Positions 49,601 to 57,829 of a stretch of DNA of 64,000 nt are shown piece after piece. Location of the stretch: positions 7,744,001-7,808,000 of the forward strand of contig OY759599.1 of the NCBI GenBank assembly GCA_963662465.1, read 5' to 3'. The notes under the pieces are model-generated. The model had not been told where the DNA came from. It saw only the letters and a program-made list of their open reading frames with translations, and did not search any database. Every line of letters starts with the position of its first letter. The stretch's first letter is position 1. This DNA is from Desulfatiglandales bacterium (GTDB taxonomy: Bacteria; Desulfobacterota; DSM-4660; Desulfatiglandales; Desulfatiglandaceae). A program made the position numbers and the translations under genes.

Positions 49601-50549
49601 ACCCTGGAAGATGGTTTCAGGGGCCGTTGCCGAAGCCCAATACCGGATTCCGGAGGATGCGTGGTATTTTACCGCCAATAGGCAGCGAATCATGCCCTTT
49701 GCCGTACTCCTTGAGATTGCCCTGCAACCGTGCGGATGGCTTGCCGCCTACATGGGAAGCGCCTTGACCAGCGATATGGATTTGAAATTCAGAAATCTCG
49801 GCGGCGAAGGGGTTCAGCATCTGCCGGTGACCCGCACATCGGGGATACTGACCACAAGGGTCAAGGTTACCAATGTGGCCGATTCCGGCGGCATGATTAT
49901 TCAGCATTTCACTTTTGAGGTGACAGGTTCGGAAGGAACCCTCTACAAGGGAACCACCTATTTCGGTTTTTTTTCAGCCCAGGCCCTTCTGGATCAGAAA
50001 GGGATTCAAGACGCGAAACCCCATGAACCGTCCCGGTCCGAGATGGAACGCGGGATCATCAACGTGGAATATCCGACCGAACCACCTTTTCCTGAAAAGA
50101 AAATGCGGATGGTGGATCATATAGACCTGTTTATCCCCGACGGCGGACCCAATGGGTTTGGCTTTATCCGCGGCAGCAAAAAGGTGGACCCGGATGAATG
50201 GTTTTTTAAAGCCCATTTCTATCAGGACCCTGTGACGCCCGGTTCTTTGGGTGTGGAAGCCTTTATTCAGCTGCTGAAATTTGTTGCAACAAGGCGATGG
50301 GGGGCATTGCCTGAAACAGTGTTTGAAGGAATGACCGAAAAACATCAATGGCTCTATCGCGGACAGGTTGTCCCCACGGACCAAATTGTTACGGTTGAAG
50401 CGGTTATTACCGAAATGAATGACAATGTCAGGTCGATTAAAGCTGATGGGTTTCTGATGGTGGACGGGCGCGTCGTTTACAAACTGACGGACTTCACTTT
50501 GACGGTGAGGGATAATGAAAATGGAAAATGTCTTTTTGATCCTCATTAA
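43632..50549 (+). CDS. pfaC: Fused PfaB/PfaC-like protein: KS-CLF-AT-FabA-type DH domains
   Basis: DAACASS/HATGT/GHLL (KS); SSEETSG (CLF, no Cys); FPGSG/GYSLGE (AT); EAGQ, CHFVDDPVMPG, EIALQPCG, HFYQDPVTPGSLG (hot-dog DHs). ATGA overlap with pfaA. Confidence 0.93.
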   Translation: MKNNQPIAIIGMGGVFPDAPNPKKLWENILEKRNSSREAPPGRWVIPPDRAYDPKPGVVDRVYTTRGCFIDEVHVDIAGLDIHPDFLNRLDPLFHLLLMAGKQAFDDAHIQGEDHRRTGVILGNLVLPTDALSAIAEETLFRTFEEKRLPGNQRRRYPGTDPLNAYGAGLPAGILSKALGLGGDSFTLDAACASSLYAMKLAVDELSAGRADTMLCGGVSRPSCLYTQMGFSQLRAISPSGRSAPFDADGDGLVVGEGAGIFVLKRLSDALVENRNIYAVIRGIGLSNDMGGRLLAPTSEGQLRAMRSAYEEAGWHPHDVDLIECHATGTLVGDAVEFESLETLWEGAAGDSSCVLGSVKSNIGHLLTAAGAAACMKTIFALREKTLPPSANFNKAQKSFEIEKTPFTILKSPRPWNIRNQNATRKAAVSAFGFGGINAHVLLEEWMGTAEDVASTVHRDFRADPPDVAVIGMDAHFGKLDSLESFKQCVLKGLAPAPEAPHNAWGVYEAKWFNEAGSSLRPSGFFMDEIELPTGLFRIPPKELSEMLPQQLLMLKTAMGAWVDAKPGNQKNTRAGAFIGIGLDPNTTNYHVRWLVEQNGAKWAQELDPETNHEKWLSALRDAAGSGLTANRTMGGLGSVIASRIARELGMGGPAFTVSSEETSGINALKTAVRALQNGLIDRALVGAVEMTGDVRSLLSRRALRPFSRSGTIRIFDVDSDGTIMGEGAGAVVLKRLSDAVRDKDRIYCVIKGIGASAGGKTEDLLPDIPSYLSSMKKACDEGHCLPERLGYVETHGSGYPAEDRMEMEALVSYFGASDKLHGPGVREVSGRQVVFGSVKGNIGHTGAASSMASFIKAALCVYHEILPPLKAAENPIGELAEPGLLIPSTPRYWLHDRADGPRRALVSAFSIIGNCAHVLLEAFEPEAPLLTEVLKRAPLGPRDEGLFVVGADTHGGIFNGLDHFRKFLQSDPGVSASNMEALARLWWRHQKRSRLSATFIARNRGELLKQISQFQKTIQANPHQRVGYERSSIPDASFQDRVFYNPQPPVSGNGNRICFVFPGSGNTFSHMGRELFVQWPEILRRQHQENLYLRGQYRPDCFWDIEKGHEDAVSQKRCDRRAMIFGHVSLCTGISDLVQTFGIKPNFVVGYSLGETAGLFALRAWSGRDEMLRKIQESTLFTKELAGEFRAARRHWKWPWNKKLDWVLFTIDRSMGTLKDMLKKHEHVYPLISNTDRECVIGGERGAVEAFIHAIGCRHVPIEGVSIAHCEVLKEVEGPYRELHLQETIAPPHIKFYSGAQGKSYDVTRESAADAILSHALKGVDFVKTIKTAHDDGARVFLEMGPGASCTRMIHHILHGRPHVARSFCIQGQDPYSLILRGLGQCIAEGIPVNMEGLYGQDFHPATQKESDEPHGSPTIRIKTGGKPFVMPKLMGAAQKETVSTFEPKGFADPMGKSTEPDELIEQFTQTEQAKMDAHGRYLQFASEITEAMADNLAKQLAILKKSRGGTALTVPDEPSGSLTREQCLEYAIGSIATVFGAKYAEIDGYPTRVRLPDEPLMLVDRVVSIEGEPLVLGPLRIITEHHVRNGAWYLDSGRMPICITVEAGQADLMLSGFAGIDFHTRGLAVYRLLDADIAFHRHLPLPGETIRYDIRIKRFFMLNGTHFFNFEYDGTIDNVPLLTMRNGCAGFFTEEALAAGRGLTHHRLSSGSKKGKVDPGWRELTPMKVESYDETQLDALRRGDLAACFGPAFDKSLGLRHPLGIPGGRMKLVDRIVKIDPKGGRYGLGFIRAEADIHPDDWFLRCHFVDDPVMPGTLMYECCMHTLRIFLLRMGWVAESSEVSLEPVQAVASRLKCRGQVLQTTSVVTYEITIKELGIHPEPYVIADAGMYADGKYIVHMENMSIRMAGISFEKLAASWQPESKKDQVPQKFKPAVYDESRIIAFTQGKPSAAFGAPYKIFDEKRRIARLPRAPYQFLDRITHVVGEPWKMVSGAVAEAQYRIPEDAWYFTANRQRIMPFAVLLEIALQPCGWLAAYMGSALTSDMDLKFRNLGGEGVQHLPVTRTSGILTTRVKVTNVADSGGMIIQHFTFEVTGSEGTLYKGTTYFGFFSAQALLDQKGIQDAKPHEPSRSEMERGIINVEYPTEPPFPEKKMRMVDHIDLFIPDGGPNGFGFIRGSKKVDPDEWFFKAHFYQDPVTPGSLGVEAFIQLLKFVATRRWGALPETVFEGMTEKHQWLYRGQVVPTDQIVTVEAVITEMNDNVRSIKADGFLMVDGRVVYKLTDFTLTVRDNENGKCLFDPH

Positions 50550-51522
50550 CTTATTGATCTTCGCCGCTGTCTATTTGGGTATTGCCCTTTTGTTCATCCT
50601 GACCGGCAAACGTAAGAAGTCAAATAATGATAAAAAGGGTCTGACCTTCAATGAGTTGTTCTTCGATTATGCCAACCTGCCACAACTGAAAATGTTTGCC
50701 GCAAGGGACGGCAAGCCATTAGCGTATCGGCATTATACAGCTCAATCCGACAAGGTGATCATCCTTCTACATGGCTCGGGTTGGCATAGCCGGTATTTCT
50801 TACCTTTAGCTGAATTCCTTAGTTCCGAAGGACTGGCTCAGGTATTTACACCAGACCTCCGTGGACATGGACATGCACCCGAAAGACGCGGCGACGTGGA
50901 CTACATTGGCCAATTTGAAGATGATTTGGCTGATTTTATTTCCATTATTCGAAAAGATAACCCGAATGCAATGCTGATTGTGGGGGGACACTCATCCGGA
51001 GGCGGGCTTGCGATACGCTTTGGGGGAAGCAGATATGGTCATCAAGCCGACGCCTATATGCTGCTTTCTCCTTTTCTGAAATATAATGCGCCTACGATGC
51101 GTGCCAATTCAGGAGGATGGGCGCATGTTCATTTTTGGCGAATTGCCGGTTTGGCGATGCTGAATAATGTGGGGATTCATGGGTTGGATTATTTGACGAC
51201 GCTTGAGTTTAACATGCCGGAAGAAGCCCGGGATGGAACCGAAACCCTGGCCTATTCTCATCGACTCAACACGGCCTACGCGCCTCGCAACTACAAAAAA
51301 GATCTCAGGGCCATAACGCAATCATTGCTGGTTGTCGTCGGCAGCGCTGATGAAGCCTTCATTGCGGATCAATTTGAACCCATAATTTCTCAGTACACAT
51401 CGGTTCGTGTGGCACTTTTGCCGGACGTATCACACATGGGCGCAGTGGTTGGACCTGAAGTGCGACCCGTTGTGAAAAATTGGCTGGAAACTCTTGGGAC
51501 GTCATCGCCGTTGCTCTCATAA
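50515..51522 (+). CDS. Membrane-anchored alpha/beta hydrolase (lysophospholipase-like)
   Basis: N-terminal TM, LLHGSG, DLRGHG, GHSSGG, C-terminal D and H. Confidence 0.9.
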   Translation: MKMENVFLILINLLIFAAVYLGIALLFILTGKRKKSNNDKKGLTFNELFFDYANLPQLKMFAARDGKPLAYRHYTAQSDKVIILLHGSGWHSRYFLPLAEFLSSEGLAQVFTPDLRGHGHAPERRGDVDYIGQFEDDLADFISIIRKDNPNAMLIVGGHSSGGGLAIRFGGSRYGHQADAYMLLSPFLKYNAPTMRANSGGWAHVHFWRIAGLAMLNNVGIHGLDYLTTLEFNMPEEARDGTETLAYSHRLNTAYAPRNYKKDLRAITQSLLVVVGSADEAFIADQFEPIISQYTSVRVALLPDVSHMGAVVGPEVRPVVKNWLETLGTSSPLLS

Positions 51523-51587
51523 CATCGTGGGCTTGGCGTCCCACGCATGCCTGGTTCAGGCACTATTTGCGAACAGAGGTTTTTTTC

Positions 51588-52067
51588 ATGATAAAAAAGT
51601 GCGAAGACACTGATTTTGAAACGATTCTTCAGATTATCAATGACGGGGCAAGTGCATATGACGGGGTGATACCGGAAGACTGTTGGCATGATCCTTATAT
51701 GAGGTCCAAAGAATTGGAACATGAGATAACCGACGGCGTTGTTTTCTGGGGGTACGGGGAAGGAGACCGCCTGATGGCGGTCATGGGCATTCAGGACAGG
51801 GGCCATGTGACGCTTATTCGCCATGCCTATGTTCGAACGTCGCAGCGAAATCGGGGAATCGGTGGCCGGCTTCTCCGATTTCTCGAAGCCGCAACAACCA
51901 AGCCGATACTCATCGGCACATGGTCCGCCGCCACCTGGGCAATTGCCTTTTACAAAAAAAACGGCTACAGGTGTCTCAATAGAGAGGAGACGGCACGGCT
52001 GTTGAGGACTTACTGGACGATTTCCGAACGTCAATTGGAAACATCCGTGGTGCTTGCCAAAAAATAA
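51588..52067 (+). CDS. GNAT family N-acetyltransferase
   Basis: HAYVRTSQRNRGIGGRLL, AIAFYKKNGY; GAGG RBS. Confidence 0.9.
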   Translation: MIKKCEDTDFETILQIINDGASAYDGVIPEDCWHDPYMRSKELEHEITDGVVFWGYGEGDRLMAVMGIQDRGHVTLIRHAYVRTSQRNRGIGGRLLRFLEAATTKPILIGTWSAATWAIAFYKKNGYRCLNREETARLLRTYWTISERQLETSVVLAKK

Positions 52068-52152
52068 CACCATCAGGGGTTGGTCTAAAAAAATAGAACA
52101 TTTTGAAAGTTGAACTTGCAAAGTACACCTTTTTTGGCTTAATCTGTTTTCT

Positions 52153-53328
52153 ATGCCGTTAATAAACCGTACCATTGAAGCTGTCTTGCGGACTCATGCC
52201 GCCAATTTTCCGGTGCTCACGATTACCGGTCCGCGGCAAAGCGGGAAAACCACGCTCTGCAAAAAGGTTTTTACCCATAAACCCTATGCCAACCTGGAAT
52301 CGCCCGATATCCGTCAATTCGCCATTGATGATCCAAGAGGGTTTCTAGACCAATATCCGGATGGGGCCATACTCGATGAAATCCAGAGAGCACCCGACCT
52401 GGTTTCATATCTCCAGCCGATGGTTGACGAGGACCAGCGGGAAGGCCTTTTTATTCTGACCGGCAGTCAACAACTTGAAGTGAGCAACGCCATCAATCAA
52501 TCATTGGCCGGTCGAACCGCACTGCTGAAATTGCTCCCTTTTTCTATTGAAGAAATCCAGTCCGTATTTTCTCTGCCGGACATTGACAGTTTGCTCTACC
52601 ATGGGTTTTATCCCCGCATATGGGATAAACAACTGAATCCGACGCAGGTCCTTGGCGACTATTTTGAGACTTATGTCGAGAGGGATTTGAGGCAGCTCAT
52701 TACAATTAAGGACCTGAACCTTTTTCAGCGCTTTATCAAGTTATGCGCGGGTCGGACCGGCCAATTGCTGAATGTGAGCAGTCTGGCAAACGATGCCGGC
52801 ATTTCCCACACAACAGCTGGAAACTGGCTATCTCTTCTGGAAGAAAGCTATATCATTTTTCTCTTGCAGCCATATTACAGGAATATTTCCAAACGTTTGG
52901 TCAAATCACCAAAGCTGTATTTCTACGATGTGGGATTGGCTTCTTTTTTAATTAATATCGAAAATGAAAAGCAGATCGCACGAGATCCGTTGCGGGGTAA
53001 CCTTTTTGAAAACATGGTTGTCGCAGAGGCTCTCAAGTATCGGTTAAATCAAGGGAAACGAAGTAATCTCTATTTTTATCGGGATAGCAAGGGAAACGAG
53101 GTCGATCTGCTGATGGTCAACGGATCCGATCTTTTTCCTATTGAGGTCAAAGCCGGTATGACCATAACCAGAGACTATTTCAAGGGTCTGAACCATTTTG
53201 TAAAAATATTTCCAGAACATATTCCCAACGGCACGGGCCTTGTTTATGCCGGCGACGAAAGTCAAAAAAGAACGGATGTTTCGATTGTTCCGTTTAAACA
53301 CTTGAATGATCTTTTTGGGCGCGTATAA
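52153..53328 (+). CDS. AAA+ ATPase with DUF4143 C-terminal domain
   Basis: GPRQSGKTT, LDEIQRAP, ILTGS, SLAGR, KSPKLYFYDVG, EVDLL..PIEVK. Confidence 0.93.
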   Translation: MPLINRTIEAVLRTHAANFPVLTITGPRQSGKTTLCKKVFTHKPYANLESPDIRQFAIDDPRGFLDQYPDGAILDEIQRAPDLVSYLQPMVDEDQREGLFILTGSQQLEVSNAINQSLAGRTALLKLLPFSIEEIQSVFSLPDIDSLLYHGFYPRIWDKQLNPTQVLGDYFETYVERDLRQLITIKDLNLFQRFIKLCAGRTGQLLNVSSLANDAGISHTTAGNWLSLLEESYIIFLLQPYYRNISKRLVKSPKLYFYDVGLASFLINIENEKQIARDPLRGNLFENMVVAEALKYRLNQGKRSNLYFYRDSKGNEVDLLMVNGSDLFPIEVKAGMTITRDYFKGLNHFVKIFPEHIPNGTGLVYAGDESQKRTDVSIVPFKHLNDLFGRV

Positions 53329-53534
53329 TCGCGCAAATTTGCCGGGGCCGCGTTTATTTCGGCAATGAAGAAGAACTCACCACATAGCGAGAACACGCAT
53401 TTTCATATCACGTGATGGTGTTCATTATGCTAACAACTCGTTCACAGTGGTGATATGTTCCATTTTTTCCCCGCGAAAATACAGAATTGCCGCTTGTTCA
53501 GTACTGCCTCATATGCCGCCGATGTCCCGTTGCT

Positions 53535-54323
53535 CTATTTAATGTAGTACCCAGAGACGCGCCACTTGCCATCCTTGTCCATCATGGGTGTAATAGTCTC
53601 AATCGCGGATTTCTTGTTCTCGAACGAGGCCTTGAACTGGATCACAACATATTCACCGTCTGGTGCGCCAGGCAAGGAAGTGTGGCAGCTTTTTGAGATG
53701 AACTCGCGCGCGAGATTCTTCCCGAGTGGCTTTCTGGCAGCTCGGATAGCTTGTTTCCATTGGTCTTTCGAAATCACGCTTTTGAAGTATTGCGCAGCTT
53801 CAAACCAGCTTTTCTCATATTTGCCTTTTTCAACCAGCGACAACCAGGCCTCCGCGACTGAGACGGCGGTTTCTTCACGATCACATTTCGGTGATGAAGC
53901 TTTTTTATCAGCCGTCTGAAATACAAGCAAATACGGCACTGCCGAATTATTCTCTACATCCTTGAAATGGTTGAACTCTTGTGTGTTGATCCAAATAATG
54001 TACGTTTTTCCGGGCTTCAATTTGACGGGAAGTACACACGTACGTTTGTCCTCCAGATATCTGATTTTGCTTTTGTCTATTTCAGGAAAGGTCTCAGGAG
54101 ATTGGCTGCACCATGACCACATCGCCTTCGTCATCATCTCTTTGCTGAACGTAACAGTGATTTCCTTGAGAGATGGATCAACTTTTGTATCTCCCGCCTG
54201 GGGAATTGTCTTGACAACTGACGGAGACATTGTTTTGACAGTGATCTCCGCTCTATCCTGCGCTCCAACAACAGCCACCACCAAAATTGTCAGCAGCAGC
54301 GACATTCCAAAGCATCTGGTCAT
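53535..54323 (-). CDS. Exported protein: Ig-like domain + DUF4019-like domain
   Basis: Signal peptide; PSVVKTIP..GDTKVDP..ITVTFS; AEAWLSLV..GKY..SW, LPGAPDGEY, ETITPM.D.DG.WRVSGY. Confidence 0.8.
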   Translation of the reverse strand: MTRCFGMSLLLTILVVAVVGAQDRAEITVKTMSPSVVKTIPQAGDTKVDPSLKEITVTFSKEMMTKAMWSWCSQSPETFPEIDKSKIRYLEDKRTCVLPVKLKPGKTYIIWINTQEFNHFKDVENNSAVPYLLVFQTADKKASSPKCDREETAVSVAEAWLSLVEKGKYEKSWFEAAQYFKSVISKDQWKQAIRAARKPLGKNLAREFISKSCHTSLPGAPDGEYVVIQFKASFENKKSAIETITPMMDKDGKWRVSGYYIK

Positions 54324-54414
54324 CTCTTTTCTCCTGTACTTCCTTCAACTCCGAATATTTCGTTTTCCATTTACCATCGATATCTCTGATATCAACGATC
54401 GCAGATACGGCAGA

Positions 54415-55240
54415 TCAACCGCGCTGTAAGGGATGATCTTGAGTGCGGCTATAGGACCGGCTTTCTTCTGTCTCAATGGGCGCTCCATATCGACTGGCCG
54501 TTTTTCCCGCCTCTGTCCGGATCTCTTCTCTCAGTGATGCCGGCTCGAGGACTTCGGCTTTCGATCCCCATGTCATGATTCAGAACCTGATTTCATCTGT
54601 TCCCGCAACTTCAGCCTCAAAAATGATGGAACCATCATTCTGAAGGTGGATCTTCTGTGATTTGTGCCAGATCTTTTCTTTGATATAACCCGAAACATCC
54701 GGATGAAACCACACCTTTATATAAGTGGGCTCTCCTTGGTACACCCCGAAGCTTGAACCCGTAAACTTCTCAAGGCTGAAATCCTCGGGGATTTCGAAGC
54801 TCGCTTTTGTTTGATGGAGCATCTTGATGCGGTCAAGGGCGAATATCCTGACTTCTTTTCTCGTGTGGCATAAACCGATCAGATAAAAAGTCCCGTTGAA
54901 AAACCAGATCCGGTAGGGGTCCACCCGGCGCCGGGACTCTTTCCTCCGGCTCATCGTGTAATAGACAATTTCGATGGATTTTCGGTTGACGGCGGCATCG
55001 TTGACCCGGTTCAAAATCCCCTTGAATTTGCCGTATTCCTTGTATGGCTTTATGCCCAGGTGAAGGGTCTGCTCCACATTTTTCAGATATTTAATGGATT
55101 CCTTGGGCAGGGTCGTCTTGACCTTCTGAAAAAGCGACTCCAATGAGTCATAAAATGCGGTATCTTTGAAAACTTTGAGCATGTCTCTTCCGAAATAAAG
55201 GGCCATCAACTCGGTGAGGTTGAACGGAACAGGGAAAAGG
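54415..55240 (-). pseudogene. WYL-domain transcriptional regulator, 5'-truncated with internal stop
   Basis: PFNLTELMAL, RRVDPYRI...YLIG.C..R.FALDRI; reads EIRF*IMTWGSKAEVLEP (TGA at 54580-54582 where Trp is expected); N-terminal HTH replaced at 55241 by an inverted repeat. Confidence 0.88.
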
Positions 55241-55261
55241 GGGACGTTCGTCAGATTATAA

Positions 55262-55450
55262 GTTGCGTTTTGATTTTTCATTTGATAGAGCGTCTGCATG
55301 CCAAGAAAAGCCCGCATAGATGCCCCAGGAGCGCTACACCACGTTATTGCCAGGAGGATAGGCCGTCGAGAGGAAATATCGCTTGAAGGCCAAGGGGATT
55401 GATGTCGGCAGGATTGCCGAGAGAGTTGCCGACATTATGGGCATGGCCCC
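55262..55450 (+). pseudogene. Internally deleted copy of the RAYT-like transposase gene
   Basis: 55262-55369 matches 59763-59870 (4 mismatches); 55366-55450 is identical to 60517-60601; joined at a shared TCGA. Confidence 0.92.
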
Positions 55451-55452
55451 TT

Positions 55453-55554
55453 CCCTTAAACCTTGCCTTTCTCAATCAAGTCGCCTAGGCCTGGGTCGAA
55501 CAGGACTGCCACTGCGGAATGCACAGGGAAATCAAAACAACCCCCTTGGATCGC
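55453..55554 (+). pseudogene. Short relic resembling a DDE integrase-core transposase
   Basis: Translates PLNLAFLNQVA*AWVEQDCHCGMHREIKTTPLDR, similar to the W...Y(N/H)...H..I..TP segment of IS21/IS481/Mu-like transposases. Confidence 0.45.
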
Positions 55555-55808
55555 GAAGCTGATTATGAAAGGGCTTATAGGGTCTTCAAGGAACGATACG
55601 GAGAGTGAAAAGAGCGTTTCATGTTCGAGAAAAAGTTGATTAAGAAAAAGACTGTTTTTATAAGTTTTTGAGATTCAAACGTCAAAAATATTGATTTAAT
55701 TCAAAAATTGTCTTATGAAAATCATGAATATTGTGATTTTATCTTCTTTTTAAAGTCTTTTGATGAATTTTTTGACCTAATTTTACTCTGAAACAGGAAC
55801 CGAACAAA

Positions 55809-57164
55809 ATGCTCATTCAATTTACCATAGAGAATTTTCTATCCTTCAAGGAAGAAAATACACTCAATATGTTGGCCACCACCGACAGCAAACACAAGCA
55901 CCACCTGCTGCCCAACAAAAAGAAAAAACCCCTGCTCCGTACAGCCATCTTATACGGGGCCAACGGTTCCGGAAAATCCAATTTGATCCGGGCCATGGCT
56001 TTTGCTCAAGATTTGATTGTTGAGGGAACCCGGCCCAAACAGCGGATTGATATCACCCCGTTCAAGCTTGATAAATCATACTGGCAGATGCCCAGCTGTT
56101 TTGAGTTCATTATTAATTACCAGGATACCATCTATACTTATGGATTTGTGGTAGACGAGAAAGAGGTGCGGGAGGAGTGGCTTTTTGCCATCCATAATGT
56201 CAAGGAGGTTCTTTTTTTTGAGCGGTTGACCACGAAGGACGGCAAAATAAAGGTAGAGGTCGGCCCGTCGCTGGCCGGAAAGAAAACTAAGAAACACCAG
56301 TTCGTCAAATTTATTGCGGAAGGGACCCGGCCCAACAATCTCTTTCTCCACGAGTTGTACGAAAAAAATGTGCCGAAGATTATGCCGCTCATTGACTGGT
56401 TTCGATCGGTATTGATTATTATCGGACCGGAATCAAATTATCGGGACCTGATCTTCGATGCCCACATGAACGGACAATTCCTTCAGTTTATGGGAGATTT
56501 TTTGAAAGCAGCGGATACGGGTGTGGATGGCATTGTGTCGGAAAAGGTTGAGTTTGATTTTGAAAAACTTTTTCCGGGTATTCCGGAGTCATTGAAATCA
56601 AAGCTCACGAATATCAGTGCCAATGAAAGAATCTTGCTTTCTGTGCCTGACGGCAGGCGGTTTGCCATGATGCGGGAACAGAGCGGTGAGCTGACCCTGT
56701 TGAAGCTTAAGGCCAGGCATCATCTTAAGGATGCAAAAGAGCATATTGATTTTGAAATCGAAGATGAATCAGATGGGACGCGCCGGTTGATGGACCTTCT
56801 GCCGGCACTCCTTCACTCAAAAAGCAGTGAAAAGGTCTATCTGATTGATGAAATTGATCGCTCCATGCATCCACTGCTATCCCGGATGTTTTTAGAGAGC
56901 TACCTCAATGGCCAGGATTGCGGCAGGGGACAATTGATCATCACAACCCATGAGAGTCAGCTGTTGGACCGTAACCTTCTGAGGAGGGATGAAATCTGGT
57001 TTTCGGAGAAAGACAAAAACGGCGGTTCCCATCTCTACTCTCTTTCTGAATATAAAGTACGCAATGATTTGAAACTGGAAAAAGGCTACCTCGATGGCCG
57101 TTTCGGCGCAATTCCGTTTTTGGGTGATCTTGAAAACCTCCCGTTCTGTCGGGCGGGGGCTTAG
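55809..57164 (+). CDS. AAA_21-type ATPase (AbiLi/RloA-like)
   Basis: IENFLSFK, YGANGSGKSN, ESDGTRRL, IDEIDRSMHP, QLIITTHE, RRDEIWF, YLDGRFGAIP. Confidence 0.92.
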   Translation: MLIQFTIENFLSFKEENTLNMLATTDSKHKHHLLPNKKKKPLLRTAILYGANGSGKSNLIRAMAFAQDLIVEGTRPKQRIDITPFKLDKSYWQMPSCFEFIINYQDTIYTYGFVVDEKEVREEWLFAIHNVKEVLFFERLTTKDGKIKVEVGPSLAGKKTKKHQFVKFIAEGTRPNNLFLHELYEKNVPKIMPLIDWFRSVLIIIGPESNYRDLIFDAHMNGQFLQFMGDFLKAADTGVDGIVSEKVEFDFEKLFPGIPESLKSKLTNISANERILLSVPDGRRFAMMREQSGELTLLKLKARHHLKDAKEHIDFEIEDESDGTRRLMDLLPALLHSKSSEKVYLIDEIDRSMHPLLSRMFLESYLNGQDCGRGQLIITTHESQLLDRNLLRRDEIWFSEKDKNGGSHLYSLSEYKVRNDLKLEKGYLDGRFGAIPFLGDLENLPFCRAGA

Positions 57165-57170
57165 ACAGCA

Positions 57171-57766
57171 ATGGCATTAACGTCGAGAAAGAAATGCCCT
57201 ATCGACAGGCAAAGCAAACCGGCCCCCCATCGGGATGCCCGCCTGTTTATCATTGCCACCGAAGGCAGGAAGACGGAAAAACAGTACTTTTCCTTTGGCA
57301 ATAAACGATGTCAGGTGCGGGTGATTCCCAACGAAGACAACAAGTCTGCTCCCGCCCATATTCTGCAGCAGCTTAAGAATTTCAAAAGGGAATTCCAGCT
57401 TAAAGCCGATTATGAATTATGGCTGATGGTTGACGTCGACAGGTGGGAAATAAAAACCTGGCTTCCGTGTCAGCTCAGGCCGGGCATAATAAATTCCAAC
57501 TGGCGGTGAGCAACCCCTGTTTTGAAGTCTGGCTCTATTTGCATCACGATGACTTGGATTACCAGCCTATCAAAGCAAAGGTAATGAAGCAAAAACTGCG
57601 GGCCCTTTTTGGCGAATATAACAGCTCCAGGCTTTCGCTCAGCCAATTTTCAGAAAGGATTGATGATGCCATTGACCGTGCCAAGGCCCTCGATACGAAA
57701 CGGGATGAACGGTGGCCATCCAGAACCGGAAGCCATGTATACAGGGTCGTGGAAAAGGTTAAGTAG
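57171..57766 (+). pseudogene. RloB/AbiLii family protein, frameshifted
   Basis: IIATEG.KTEKQYF, WLMVDVD in one frame; SNPCFEVWLYLH in another; one G missing at 57445-57447. Confidence 0.85.
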
Positions 57767-57829
57767 CGTTTTCAGTGTCGACTAGCCGAGGGGTGGCGTT
57801 GCCTGCGTGAAAAGTGAAAAGGGGCGTTA

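Noticed and set aside
53427..53505. attC-like end (TGAACGAGTTGTTAGCA) downstream of the DUF4019 gene
   Set aside because: No matching RYYYAAC box or extended hairpin found.
54580..54582. In-frame TGA in the WYL gene as selenocysteine or recoding
   Set aside because: It falls at an expected Trp in an already truncated gene, and TGA is a normal stop elsewhere in the window.
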